The notes beneath the pieces were generated by a model, which made no database searches, was not told where the DNA came from, and saw only the letters and a list, made by a program, of their open reading frames with translations. This document shows, piece after piece, positions 46,709 through 55,316 of a stretch of DNA of 64,000 nucleotides (positions within the stretch are counted from its first letter, which is position 1; every line of letters starts with the position of its first letter). The position numbers and the translations under genes were made by a program. Source of the DNA: an uncultured Haliangium sp. (GTDB lineage: Bacteria > Myxococcota_A > Polyangia > HGW-17); NCBI GenBank assembly GCA_964601905.1, contig CAZRPN010000001.1, positions 33,251-97,250 of the forward strand, in the 5' to 3' direction.

Positions 46709-48499
46709 GGGCAGGGCGTCCAGGAACGACCAGCGCTCGTAGGCGGCCTCGATCCCGGCGTCGAGGGCGTGCATGCGGTCGGTCATCTTGGCGGCGTCGG
46801 CGGCCCGCTCCCGGTAGAACTCCGGGTCCGACAGGGTGGCCACGAGGGTGTCCTTCTCGGCCTCGAGGGCTGCGATGTGCGCCTCGATGCCGGCGAGCTC
46901 CCGGGTCTCGGCGAAGGTGCGCTTGCGCGGCTTTTCCTTCGGCGGCGCGCTCTCGCGGGCCTTGGCGGGCTCCTTCCTGGGCTCGGCCTTGACCGGCAGC
47001 GGCGGCAGATCCGACCAGCCGCCGACGAACTCCTCGACGCGGCCGTCGCCGGAGAAGCGCCAGCAGGAGGTGACCACGTTGTCGAGGAAGCGGCGGTCGT
47101 GGGAGACGATGAGCACGGTGCCCGGATACTCCGAGAGCAGGTCCTCGAGGAGCTCGAGGGTGTCCATGTCGAGGTCGTTGGTGGGCTCGTCCATCACGAG
47201 AACGTTGGAGGGCCGCGCGAACAGGCGCGCCAGCAGCAGGCGGTTGCGCTCGCCGCCGGAGAGCACGCCCACGGGGGTGTCCATCTGGTCGGGGGTGAAC
47301 AGGAAGTCGCGCAGGTAGCCGATGACGTGGCGCTGGACGCCACCGATCTCGAGGAAATCGCGGCCGTCGGCGACCATGTCGCGCAGCGTGCGCTCCGGGT
47401 CGAGCTCCTCGCGCAGCTGGCCGAAGAACTGGATCTCGAGGTTCACGCCGGTGCGGACGCGGCCCTCCTGGGGCGCGAGCTTGCCCAGCAGCAGGGACAG
47501 CAGGGTGGTCTTGCCGCAGCCGTTGGGGCCCACGACGCCGATGCGGTCGCCGCGGGCGATCACCGTGGAGAAATCGCGCACGATGGGCCGACCCGGGAAC
47601 GAGAAGCCCAGCCCGATGGCCTCGATGACGAGGCGGCCGGACTTGCGGGCCTGCTCGATCTGCAGCGCGACGGTGCCGATCTGGGCGCGCATGGCGGCGC
47701 GCTCCTTGCGCAGCTCGAGCAGGCGCAGGACGCGGCCCTCGTTGCGGGTGCGGCGCGCCCGGATGCCGCGGCGCAGCCAGGCCTCCTCCTGCTCGAGGAG
47801 GCGGTCGAACTTGTCGACCTGCACGCGCTCGACGGCCAGGGCGGCGGCCTTCTTCTCCTGGTACAGCGACCAGTTTCCCGGCCACGAGGTGATCTTGCCG
47901 CGGTCGAGGTCGAGGAACCGGGTGCCGATGCGCTCCAGGAAGGCGCGGTCGTGGGTGACGAACACCACCGTCTTGATGGCGCGCTGGATGAACTGCTCCA
48001 TCCACTGTACGGCCTCCACGTCGAGGTGGTTGGTCGGCTCGTCGAGGACCAGCAGGTCCGGACTGGAGGCCAGCGCGCCGGCCAGCCAGACGCGGCGCCG
48101 GGCTCCGCCCGAGAGCGTCTCCACCCGGGCGTCCGGATCCAGCGCCATGCGCGAGAGGGTCTCCCGCATGACCTGTTCGTCTGCGGAGGACAGCGGCTCG
48201 TCCACGGAGACGCCGCGGCTCTTCTGCACGATGCGGTGCACGGTCTGGCCGATGGTGCCGGTGATGTCCCGAGGCACCTCCTGGGGCAGGGACGCGATGC
48301 GCAGGCCGGGCTCGATGGCGATCTCCCCGGCGTCGGGCACGAGCTCGCCGGAGAGGATCTTCAGCAGGGTGGACTTGCCGCTGCCGTTGACGCCGAGCAT
48401 GGCCACGCGCTCGCCGCGGTCGATGAGCAGATCGACGCCGTCGAGGAGGGCGTGCCCGCCGAAACTGTACCGGATGCCTTTGAGCTGGATCAGCGCCAT
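46700..48499 (-). CDS. ABC-F family ATPase (Uup/EttA-like, two ABC domains plus C-terminal coiled-coil)
   Basis: Two Walker A sites (GVNGSGKST, GPNGCGKTT), two signatures (LSGGARRRVWLAGAL, LSGGERNRLLLARLF), no TM domain, C-terminal coiled-coil. Confidence 0.9.
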   Translation of the reverse strand: MALIQLKGIRYSFGGHALLDGVDLLIDRGERVAMLGVNGSGKSTLLKILSGELVPDAGEIAIEPGLRIASLPQEVPRDITGTIGQTVHRIVQKSRGVSVDEPLSSADEQVMRETLSRMALDPDARVETLSGGARRRVWLAGALASSPDLLVLDEPTNHLDVEAVQWMEQFIQRAIKTVVFVTHDRAFLERIGTRFLDLDRGKITSWPGNWSLYQEKKAAALAVERVQVDKFDRLLEQEEAWLRRGIRARRTRNEGRVLRLLELRKERAAMRAQIGTVALQIEQARKSGRLVIEAIGLGFSFPGRPIVRDFSTVIARGDRIGVVGPNGCGKTTLLSLLLGKLAPQEGRVRTGVNLEIQFFGQLREELDPERTLRDMVADGRDFLEIGGVQRHVIGYLRDFLFTPDQMDTPVGVLSGGERNRLLLARLFARPSNVLVMDEPTNDLDMDTLELLEDLLSEYPGTVLIVSHDRRFLDNVVTSCWRFSGDGRVEEFVGGWSDLPPLPVKAEPRKEPAKARESAPPKEKPRKRTFAETRELAGIEAHIAALEAEKDTLVATLSDPEFYRERAADAAKMTDRMHALDAGIEAAYERWSFLDALPEK

Positions 48500-48503
48500 G
48501 GCG

Positions 48504-50219
48504 TCACGGGATCCGGGTCATCTGGCCGGCGGCGAACCGGTACAGGCGCGGTCGGCGCTGGCTTTTCCCGTTGGCGTCGAAGACGCGTCCGAGGCCGGGG
48601 CCCTGGTTCCACTGGGCGATGGACTCCTTCAACAGGACCAGGGAGCCTGCAGAGCGCACCGCCGGGACGGGGAGGGACTTGATCCACCAGTAGGTCTCGG
48701 AGGCCACCGAGAGCACGACGGGGGCCTTCATGGTGACGAAGAAGGCGTTGAGGGTGTTGAACTCGGGATCCGGCGCGCCGGAATAGAAGCCCGGCGCGAA
48801 GATGGCGCCGGCGAGGTAGCGCGCGTTCTGGGACACGATCGACGGCGACAGGGCCTCGGCGGTGGCCAGCAGCAGGAACCCCTTGCCCTGGGCGTTCATG
48901 GGCGCCGGGAAGGCGCCGGCGACGGCCAGGCGGCGGGCCAGGGAGGCGACGCGATCGGCGGCGTCCGGGATGACCACGCCCTGGGCCGAGGCCAGGTTCG
49001 GGAGGCTCAGGCGCTGGGGCAGCTTGGCCGGATCGTAGGTCGTCGAGAACACGACGGTGCCGCGCAGCTTCGTGATCGCGGCGGTCGCGGCGGTGGCCAG
49101 CTCGCGGCCGGCCGGGGTGTTGGGGACCAGGATGCCCAGCCGCGTGGCCTTCTCGGAGACGGCCTGGGCGACGAGGGCCTCCACGCGCGCCCGCCGGGTG
49201 GACTGCGCGAAGAAGACGTTGCCCGCAACGGGCAGATCCGTGCCGTCGGTGGCCGACAGGAACAGCAGGTCCGCGCCGGCGGCCAGGACCACCCTGGTGC
49301 TCTCCGGATCGGGCGGCAGGATCACCGCCAGGGGGCGGTCCTTGAGCAGGATCTCCTCCTGCAGCAGCTGGAGCGCGGTGCCCGGGGAGGAGTTGGTGTT
49401 GTGCACCAGGATCTCGAGGGCCGGGACCTCGGCTCTGGCCGCGGCCAGCGCTTGCAGCATCTGCATTCCCAGGGGGGACCACGCGCCCGTCAGCGGCACC
49501 AGCGCGCTGATGCGCCACGGCGTGCCGGAGGGATACGGGTGCTGCAGGTTGTACAGCGCGGTGAGCTTGGTGAACTGCTCCAGTTCGGCGTCCGAGAAGG
49601 GCTCGGAGAGCCAGTGGTGACGCAGCCGCCTGGCCGCCAGGACGTAGTAGGCGGCGATGCCGGAGTAGGCCGCCGGATCGGGCATGCGGTCGCCCGAGAA
49701 TACCGACGGCAGCCAGTCGAACAGGGCCTGCTTCACGGCGGCGGTGGTGGCCGGCGCCGCGTACAGGTGGTCGGCGAAGAAGAGCAGCCCGTCGGGCAGG
49801 CAGCGGGTGTAGACGCCGAGCATGCCGTCGACCTGCGCCCAGAACACGTCGGCCGAGAGCGCGGGCCGCACGGAGATCACGCGCTTGCCCAGGAAGATCG
49901 CGCTGAGGTGAACCTGCTCGGTCGTGGAGAGGGCGTTCCAGAATCCCCTGGCGCGCTCGATGCGGCCTGAGCAGGCGTGGTGCACCGACAGCAGCATGCG
50001 GGCGGCGCGGCGCTCGGCCGGCTCGGCGGGGACGACGCCGTCGGGGCCGGGCGAAAGCGGCTCCAGCAGCGGCTTGATGCGGGCAAAGGCCTGGGCCTCG
50101 GCGCCGGAGGAGAAGTCTGCGGCGGCCTGGTACAGGGGCAGATAGGCCGGCGGGACCACGCCACCGGTGACGGTCCCCTGCGGCGTCGCGAAGAGAAGAC
50201 AGGCGAAGATCCAGAGCAT
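48504..50219 (-). CDS. Periplasmic protein with a signal peptide and a type-I periplasmic-binding-protein-like fold (LpoA-like / Leu-Ile-Val-binding-like)
   Basis: Signal MLWIFACLLFA; helical N-terminal region; PBP-like alpha/beta C-terminal region. Family assignment tentative. Confidence 0.5.
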   Translation of the reverse strand: MLWIFACLLFATPQGTVTGGVVPPAYLPLYQAAADFSSGAEAQAFARIKPLLEPLSPGPDGVVPAEPAERRAARMLLSVHHACSGRIERARGFWNALSTTEQVHLSAIFLGKRVISVRPALSADVFWAQVDGMLGVYTRCLPDGLLFFADHLYAAPATTAAVKQALFDWLPSVFSGDRMPDPAAYSGIAAYYVLAARRLRHHWLSEPFSDAELEQFTKLTALYNLQHPYPSGTPWRISALVPLTGAWSPLGMQMLQALAAARAEVPALEILVHNTNSSPGTALQLLQEEILLKDRPLAVILPPDPESTRVVLAAGADLLFLSATDGTDLPVAGNVFFAQSTRRARVEALVAQAVSEKATRLGILVPNTPAGRELATAATAAITKLRGTVVFSTTYDPAKLPQRLSLPNLASAQGVVIPDAADRVASLARRLAVAGAFPAPMNAQGKGFLLLATAEALSPSIVSQNARYLAGAIFAPGFYSGAPDPEFNTLNAFFVTMKAPVVLSVASETYWWIKSLPVPAVRSAGSLVLLKESIAQWNQGPGLGRVFDANGKSQRRPRLYRFAAGQMTRIP

Positions 50220-50223
50220 ATGT

Positions 50224-51510
50224 TCAGTCCCGTCCGAGCACGATCAGGTGATAGTTGCGCTTGCCCGACCGCAGCACGAGGTATTTTCCGAAGAGGAAGT
50301 CGTCGGCGGTGATGGTGCGTTCCTTCGCGGTGACCTTCTCCTGGTTCAGCGCGATGCCGCCGGACTCCAGCAGGCGCCGGCCCTCACCCTTGGACTTGGA
50401 GAAGCCCGACAGCGCGCACAGGTCGACCAGGGGCAGCCCCGCTCCGAGCACGGAGGCGCCAAGCGAAAACGAGGGCACGTCCGCGAAGATGCCGGCCAGC
50501 TCGTCCTCGCCGACCTCCTTCAGGTCGCCGCCGAAGAACACGCGGGTGCCGCGCAGGGCCGACTCCAGCCCCGCATGTCCGTGGACCAGAAGGGTCATCT
50601 CCTCGGCCAGCCGGGTGTGGGCCGCGCGCAGTTCGGGCCGCTCGCGGTGGGTCGCCTCCAGCGCGGCGATCTCGTCGCAGGGCACGAAGGTGAAGTAGTT
50701 CAGCAATTTGATCACGTCGTCATCGGCGGAGCGCAGCCAGAACTGGTAGAACTGGTAGGGGCTGGTTCGCTTCGGATCCAGCCACACGGTGCCGGCCTCG
50801 GTCTTGCCGAACTTGGTGCCCGCCGAAGTGGTCAGCAGCGGCACGGTGAGACCGTGCACCACGCGGCCGGTGAGGCGACGGATCAGGTCCGCGCCGGCGG
50901 TGATGTTGCCCCACTGGTCGGAGCCGCCGAGCTGGAGCGTGCAGCCGTCCTCGTTGCTCAGGTGCAGGAAGTCGTAGGCCTGCAGCAGCTGGTACGAGAA
51001 CTCGGTGTAGGAGATCCCCTGCTCGCGGTTCTCCAGGCGCATCTTCACCGACTCGCGGGCGATCATGGCGTTGACGGAGAAGTGCTTTCCCACGTCGCGC
51101 AGAAACGACACCAGGGAGAGGCCCGAGAGCCAGTCGGCGTTGTTGCGCACCAGGGCGCCGACTTTTGGATCGTCGAGGTCGAGCATGGCCCGCAGCTGGT
51201 CGCGGATGCCGGCGACGTTGCGTTCTAGCACGGCCGTGTCCAGCAGCTGGCGCTCGGCGGACTTGCCCGAGGGATCGCCGATCATGCCGGTGGCGCCGCC
51301 CACCAGGATGATCGGGCGGTGTCCGGCGCGCTGCAGGCGGGCCATGGTGATGATCGGCAGCAGGCTGCCCACGTGCAGGCTGTCGGAGGTGGGATCGAAG
51401 CCGACGTAGAAGGTGACCGGCGCGGCGTCGGAGAGATGGGCGCGCAAGGCGGCCTCGTCGGTGGAGCCATGGATCAGTTTCCGTTGATGAAGTTCGTCCA
51501 GGATGTGCAT
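50224..51510 (-). CDS. tyrS: Tyrosyl-tRNA synthetase with C-terminal S4 domain
   Basis: HIGH-type FYVGFDPTSDSLHVGSL, KMSKS-like KFGKT, S4 domain at the C-terminus. Confidence 0.95.
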   Translation of the reverse strand: MHILDELHQRKLIHGSTDEAALRAHLSDAAPVTFYVGFDPTSDSLHVGSLLPIITMARLQRAGHRPIILVGGATGMIGDPSGKSAERQLLDTAVLERNVAGIRDQLRAMLDLDDPKVGALVRNNADWLSGLSLVSFLRDVGKHFSVNAMIARESVKMRLENREQGISYTEFSYQLLQAYDFLHLSNEDGCTLQLGGSDQWGNITAGADLIRRLTGRVVHGLTVPLLTTSAGTKFGKTEAGTVWLDPKRTSPYQFYQFWLRSADDDVIKLLNYFTFVPCDEIAALEATHRERPELRAAHTRLAEEMTLLVHGHAGLESALRGTRVFFGGDLKEVGEDELAGIFADVPSFSLGASVLGAGLPLVDLCALSGFSKSKGEGRRLLESGGIALNQEKVTAKERTITADDFLFGKYLVLRSGKRNYHLIVLGRD

Positions 51511-51546
51511 GTTCGTCTTCAGGTTTTTCGGTTGCGGTGTTTGGGT

Positions 51547-54420
51547 TCAGTTCTTTGTGGGCTCTTCGAGCCTGGACTGCAGCTTCTTGACTTCCTCGAG
51601 CTCCTTCATGCCCAGGCGGCCGAGGATCTCGCGGCTCTCCTTGAGCGCGGCCTGGGCGTCCTTGTCACGTCCGGCCTCGATGAGGAACTCGGCGTAGCGC
51701 TTGAGGGAGATGGCGATCTCCCGTTCGAGCTTGAGCATCTTGAACAGGTCGATGCCCTGCTGGAAGTGGCCGATGGTCTCCTCCATCTGGCGCGCCGCGT
51801 TCTCGGGATCACCGGCCGAGAAGGCCGTGGAGGAGAGGATCTCCGCGATGGTGATCGCCGCGCGGGCCTTGAACTCCAGGATGTCCAGCTCCTTGGCCAG
51901 CGCCAGCGCCTCCATGGCGAAGTCCATGGCCTCCTCGTTCTGGCCGAGCTTCTGCAGGACCAGGCCCATGTTGCGCTTGGCGTCGTACTCCACGCGCTTC
52001 TCGTGCATGTCCGTGGACAGTTCGATGGCGCGCTCCAGGCGCTTGCGGGACTCCTGGTGCTTGCCCATGCGCATCAGCGCCTCGCCGAGGTTGTTCTGCA
52101 GCTTGGCCTCCAGCGGGCCGTAGCCGATGTTCTGCGCGATGGTCAGGCCGCGCTGCCAGTCCTCGACGGCCTCGTCGAGCTGGCCCTGGTGGAAGTGCAG
52201 GATGCCCAGGCTGTTGAGCGTGCGGCACACGCCGGACTGGTCGCCGATGCTGCGGTTGATCGACAGCGCCTCGTTGAAGCAGGAGGCGGCCTCGTTGAAC
52301 AGCCCCTTGTCGATCTCGATGAAGCCGATGTTGGTGAGCACGACGGCGATGGAGCGGGAGTCGCCCAGCCTGCGCCGGATCTCGAGGGCCTCGCCGCAGG
52401 CGCGCATGGCCTCGTCGAAGTCGCCCAGCGCGTAGAGCACGGTGCCCAGGTCGTCGTGGGAGGAGGCCACGCCGCGCAGGTCGCCGGCGGCCTCGAACAG
52501 GTTCAGGCCGCGCTTGAGGTATTCCAGCGACAGGCTGAGCTTGCCCTGCTGCCGGTACAGGCGTCCCATCTTGTTGAACGCGACGCCGCCCTTGGCGCGC
52601 GACGCCATGACCCAGGACAGGCGGAGCATCTTCTCGTAGCAGGACAGGGCCTTGTCGAACTGGCCCTTGGTCTCGTACACGTTGCCCAGATCGTGCCACA
52701 TCTGGATCCGCAGGCTGACCTGCTGCGGGTTCTGCACCGACAGGGCCTGGATGTACAGCCGGATGGCCTTGTCGTTGAGGAACACCGTGCGGGCGAGATC
52801 GGCGGCCTTCTGGTAGGACAGCGCGGCCTTCTCGGGCGCGCCGGCCAGCTCCAGGTGACGGCCAACCTCCTCGAGCAGCTCGGGCGTGGGATCGAGCAGG
52901 TGCAACTGCAGCCACTCGGCGGCCTGGTAGTGGAAGATCTTCTTCTGCTGCTCCTTGGTGGAGTCGTACACGATGTTCCAGATGGGCGGATACTTGAAGC
53001 GGAACTGCCGCTCGCCGGGCAGCTGGCTGACGGGCACGGCCTCGATGAAGCCGCGCACCACGTGCCGCTCCAGGCTGTGGGCGACCAGGTTCACGGTGAA
53101 CTCGCCCGAGCGCGTGATGGAGTCCAGCGAGGGGCCGTCGTGGTCGGTCTTCATGTCGTCGGCGTAGATCGAGCGCCGGATCAGGGAGACCACGCCGTCC
53201 TGCCAGAACGTCTCGCCGAAGGTGGCGGCGCGGTTGAGGATGTCGTGATCGCCGTCGGGCAGCAGGTAGATGCGGGCCCGCAGGATGCCCTCGAGCGTGT
53301 AGGGCAGCTCCGTGGTGGCGAGCATGGAGAGGCGGAACTTCCAGGGGGTCCCGGAGACGTCGAGGACCTCGGATTCGATCAGCAGCCGTGCCAGCTCCTC
53401 GATGGCGCGCGGGCTGCGGTCCATGTGCTCCTGAACGTGGTTGACGACCGCCTTCGGGATCTTCTCCACGTTGGGCAGCAGTTGGCCCAGCAGGGCCTCG
53501 GCGTCGGAGGAGCCGAGCACCGGCACGCGCAGGCGCAGGGTGGCGTATTCACCGGAGGACCACTGGGGATACCGCGTGAACAGGTTGTCGCGGCCGCCGG
53601 TGAGGATCATCACAGGCAGGCGTTCGAGCCCGGCGGCCAGGTAGTTGATCAGGTTCACGGTCTCCGGTTCGCTGGTGTCCACCGCGTCCATGATCAGCAG
53701 CACGACCTTGTCCTCGGCCATCAGGGACAGCATGCGGCGCAGCGCGATGAACACGCGCAGCTCGATCTGTGATGGCACGCGCAGCAGCGGCTCCAGCACG
53801 GGGCTGCCCTCGAGCTCGAAGCCCAGGAACTGCGTGAACAGGTGGGCGGTCTCCGTGAGCTGGGCGCCCTGCAGGTACCGCTTCAGGCTCTCCTCGAACT
53901 TGGCGCAGACGGTGTCGGCGTCGTTGTCGGCGAAGTCCAGCTCGAAGAACCGGGCCAGCGCGTCGATGACGCCGGTGTACGGCGTGGTCCGCTGTCCCCG
54001 GGGTGTCCCCTGCAGCACGTGGACCTGACCCTCGGCGGACACCTGGCGGCCGAACTCGTCGAGCAGGCGCGTCTTGCCGATCCCGGCCGGACCGTGCACG
54101 GTCACGAAGGAGAGGCGGCGGTTCACCGAAACACGGGCCAGCTCCTCCCGCAGGCGGGCCAGGTCGTCGACCCGGCCCACGAACATCGGGGAGGGACCCA
54201 CCGAGCGCAGGCCCCGGGGCTTCTTCTCGAACGGGGAGTCCGGATCGTCATCGGAGCCCGACTCCGTGGCCATGGCGGCCTCGACCCGGCGGGGCGTGGA
54301 CTCGATCTCGACCTCGATGGAGGTGTCCGAGCGCGTCGTCAGACCGAACTGGTATCCGCAGACAAGACAGACGGCCTCGTTCTCGGACGGCAAGGGAACA
54401 CTGCAACGCGGACATTTCAT
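51547..54420 (-). CDS. STAND-like signalling NTPase: N-terminal zinc ribbon, AAA+/NACHT-like P-loop ATPase, long C-terminal TPR array
   Basis: MKCPRCSVPL...CLVCGY zinc ribbon; Walker A VTVHGPAGIGKTRLL, Walker B VVLLIMDAVD; more than 10 TPR units in the C-terminal half. The ATG overlaps the upstream gene's stop (ATGA at 54417-54420). Confidence 0.75.
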   Translation of the reverse strand: MKCPRCSVPLPSENEAVCLVCGYQFGLTTRSDTSIEVEIESTPRRVEAAMATESGSDDDPDSPFEKKPRGLRSVGPSPMFVGRVDDLARLREELARVSVNRRLSFVTVHGPAGIGKTRLLDEFGRQVSAEGQVHVLQGTPRGQRTTPYTGVIDALARFFELDFADNDADTVCAKFEESLKRYLQGAQLTETAHLFTQFLGFELEGSPVLEPLLRVPSQIELRVFIALRRMLSLMAEDKVVLLIMDAVDTSEPETVNLINYLAAGLERLPVMILTGGRDNLFTRYPQWSSGEYATLRLRVPVLGSSDAEALLGQLLPNVEKIPKAVVNHVQEHMDRSPRAIEELARLLIESEVLDVSGTPWKFRLSMLATTELPYTLEGILRARIYLLPDGDHDILNRAATFGETFWQDGVVSLIRRSIYADDMKTDHDGPSLDSITRSGEFTVNLVAHSLERHVVRGFIEAVPVSQLPGERQFRFKYPPIWNIVYDSTKEQQKKIFHYQAAEWLQLHLLDPTPELLEEVGRHLELAGAPEKAALSYQKAADLARTVFLNDKAIRLYIQALSVQNPQQVSLRIQMWHDLGNVYETKGQFDKALSCYEKMLRLSWVMASRAKGGVAFNKMGRLYRQQGKLSLSLEYLKRGLNLFEAAGDLRGVASSHDDLGTVLYALGDFDEAMRACGEALEIRRRLGDSRSIAVVLTNIGFIEIDKGLFNEAASCFNEALSINRSIGDQSGVCRTLNSLGILHFHQGQLDEAVEDWQRGLTIAQNIGYGPLEAKLQNNLGEALMRMGKHQESRKRLERAIELSTDMHEKRVEYDAKRNMGLVLQKLGQNEEAMDFAMEALALAKELDILEFKARAAITIAEILSSTAFSAGDPENAARQMEETIGHFQQGIDLFKMLKLEREIAISLKRYAEFLIEAGRDKDAQAALKESREILGRLGMKELEEVKKLQSRLEEPTKN

Positions 54421-55247
54421 GGTGAACCGGCTCCTTTCCGGATGTTCTGGCACCAGGCGTTCATCCTGGCGCGTCGACGGGCGGCCTCCTGGAGGCGCCC
54501 GAGCGGCGGCTCGATGTTCTTGCCGCTGCGGGGCTGCCAGAAGGCCTCGATCTCATTGGAAAACTCGATCACGGGCTCCCCCCGGCCGACCCGGAGGCAG
54601 TTGGCCAGGTAGACCGAGCGGATGATGCGCGGGACGGCCTCGACCGACCAGGCGTTGGTGTCGTGGAAGAGGGCGACGCCGCGGCCGAACTGCACCAGAT
54701 CCCGCAGCGTGTTCGTGAACGCCAGGTTCACGTGGCGCTGGAAGGGATCGTTGGAGTCGACGTTCCACATGACGTTGGTGTACTTCAGTTCCCGCAGCAC
54801 GACCCGGGAGGCGCCGGTCATCCCGCCGAACGGAGGCCGGTACAGCCAGGGAGCGACGCCGGTGACGCGGGTGATCGCGGCGTGGGTCTTCTCGATCTCC
54901 TTGCGCTGCATCTCCGGTGGCGTCTGGGCCATCATCGGATGGGTCATGGTGTGGTTGCCCACGACGTGGCCGCGCCGGTGCTCTTCCTCGAGCACGGCCC
55001 GGTTCTTCAGGGTGAGCGGGAGGTTGCCGGAGAAGCGCCTGCCGTTGACGAAGAAGACGGCCTTGACGCCCAGGTCATCGAGATAGTCCAGGAGCACCGG
55101 CGTCGTCTCGGAGTCGGGGCCGTCGTCGAAGGTGAGCACGAGCTGGCGGCCCTGGGCCCAGTTGCCGTCCACATCCTGGCCGTCAGCGGTCTGGGGCGGT
55201 GTCTGGGCGAGGAAGGTGCAGTAGAAAAGAAGGACCCACAGGTTCAT
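54417..55247 (-). CDS. Secreted polysaccharide deacetylase (NodB-homology, CE4)
   Basis: Signal peptide; TFDDGP motif (VLTFDDGPDSETT); His motifs HTMTHP. Confidence 0.85.
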   Translation of the reverse strand: MNLWVLLFYCTFLAQTPPQTADGQDVDGNWAQGRQLVLTFDDGPDSETTPVLLDYLDDLGVKAVFFVNGRRFSGNLPLTLKNRAVLEEEHRRGHVVGNHTMTHPMMAQTPPEMQRKEIEKTHAAITRVTGVAPWLYRPPFGGMTGASRVVLRELKYTNVMWNVDSNDPFQRHVNLAFTNTLRDLVQFGRGVALFHDTNAWSVEAVPRIIRSVYLANCLRVGRGEPVIEFSNEIEAFWQPRSGKNIEPPLGRLQEAARRRARMNAWCQNIRKGAGSP

Positions 55248-55316
55248 GAAAACCCTTTCGAAGCGGAGCGCATCCTATCACAGGGGACGCGTCCAATACC
55301 AGAGTCTTTTCCTGTC

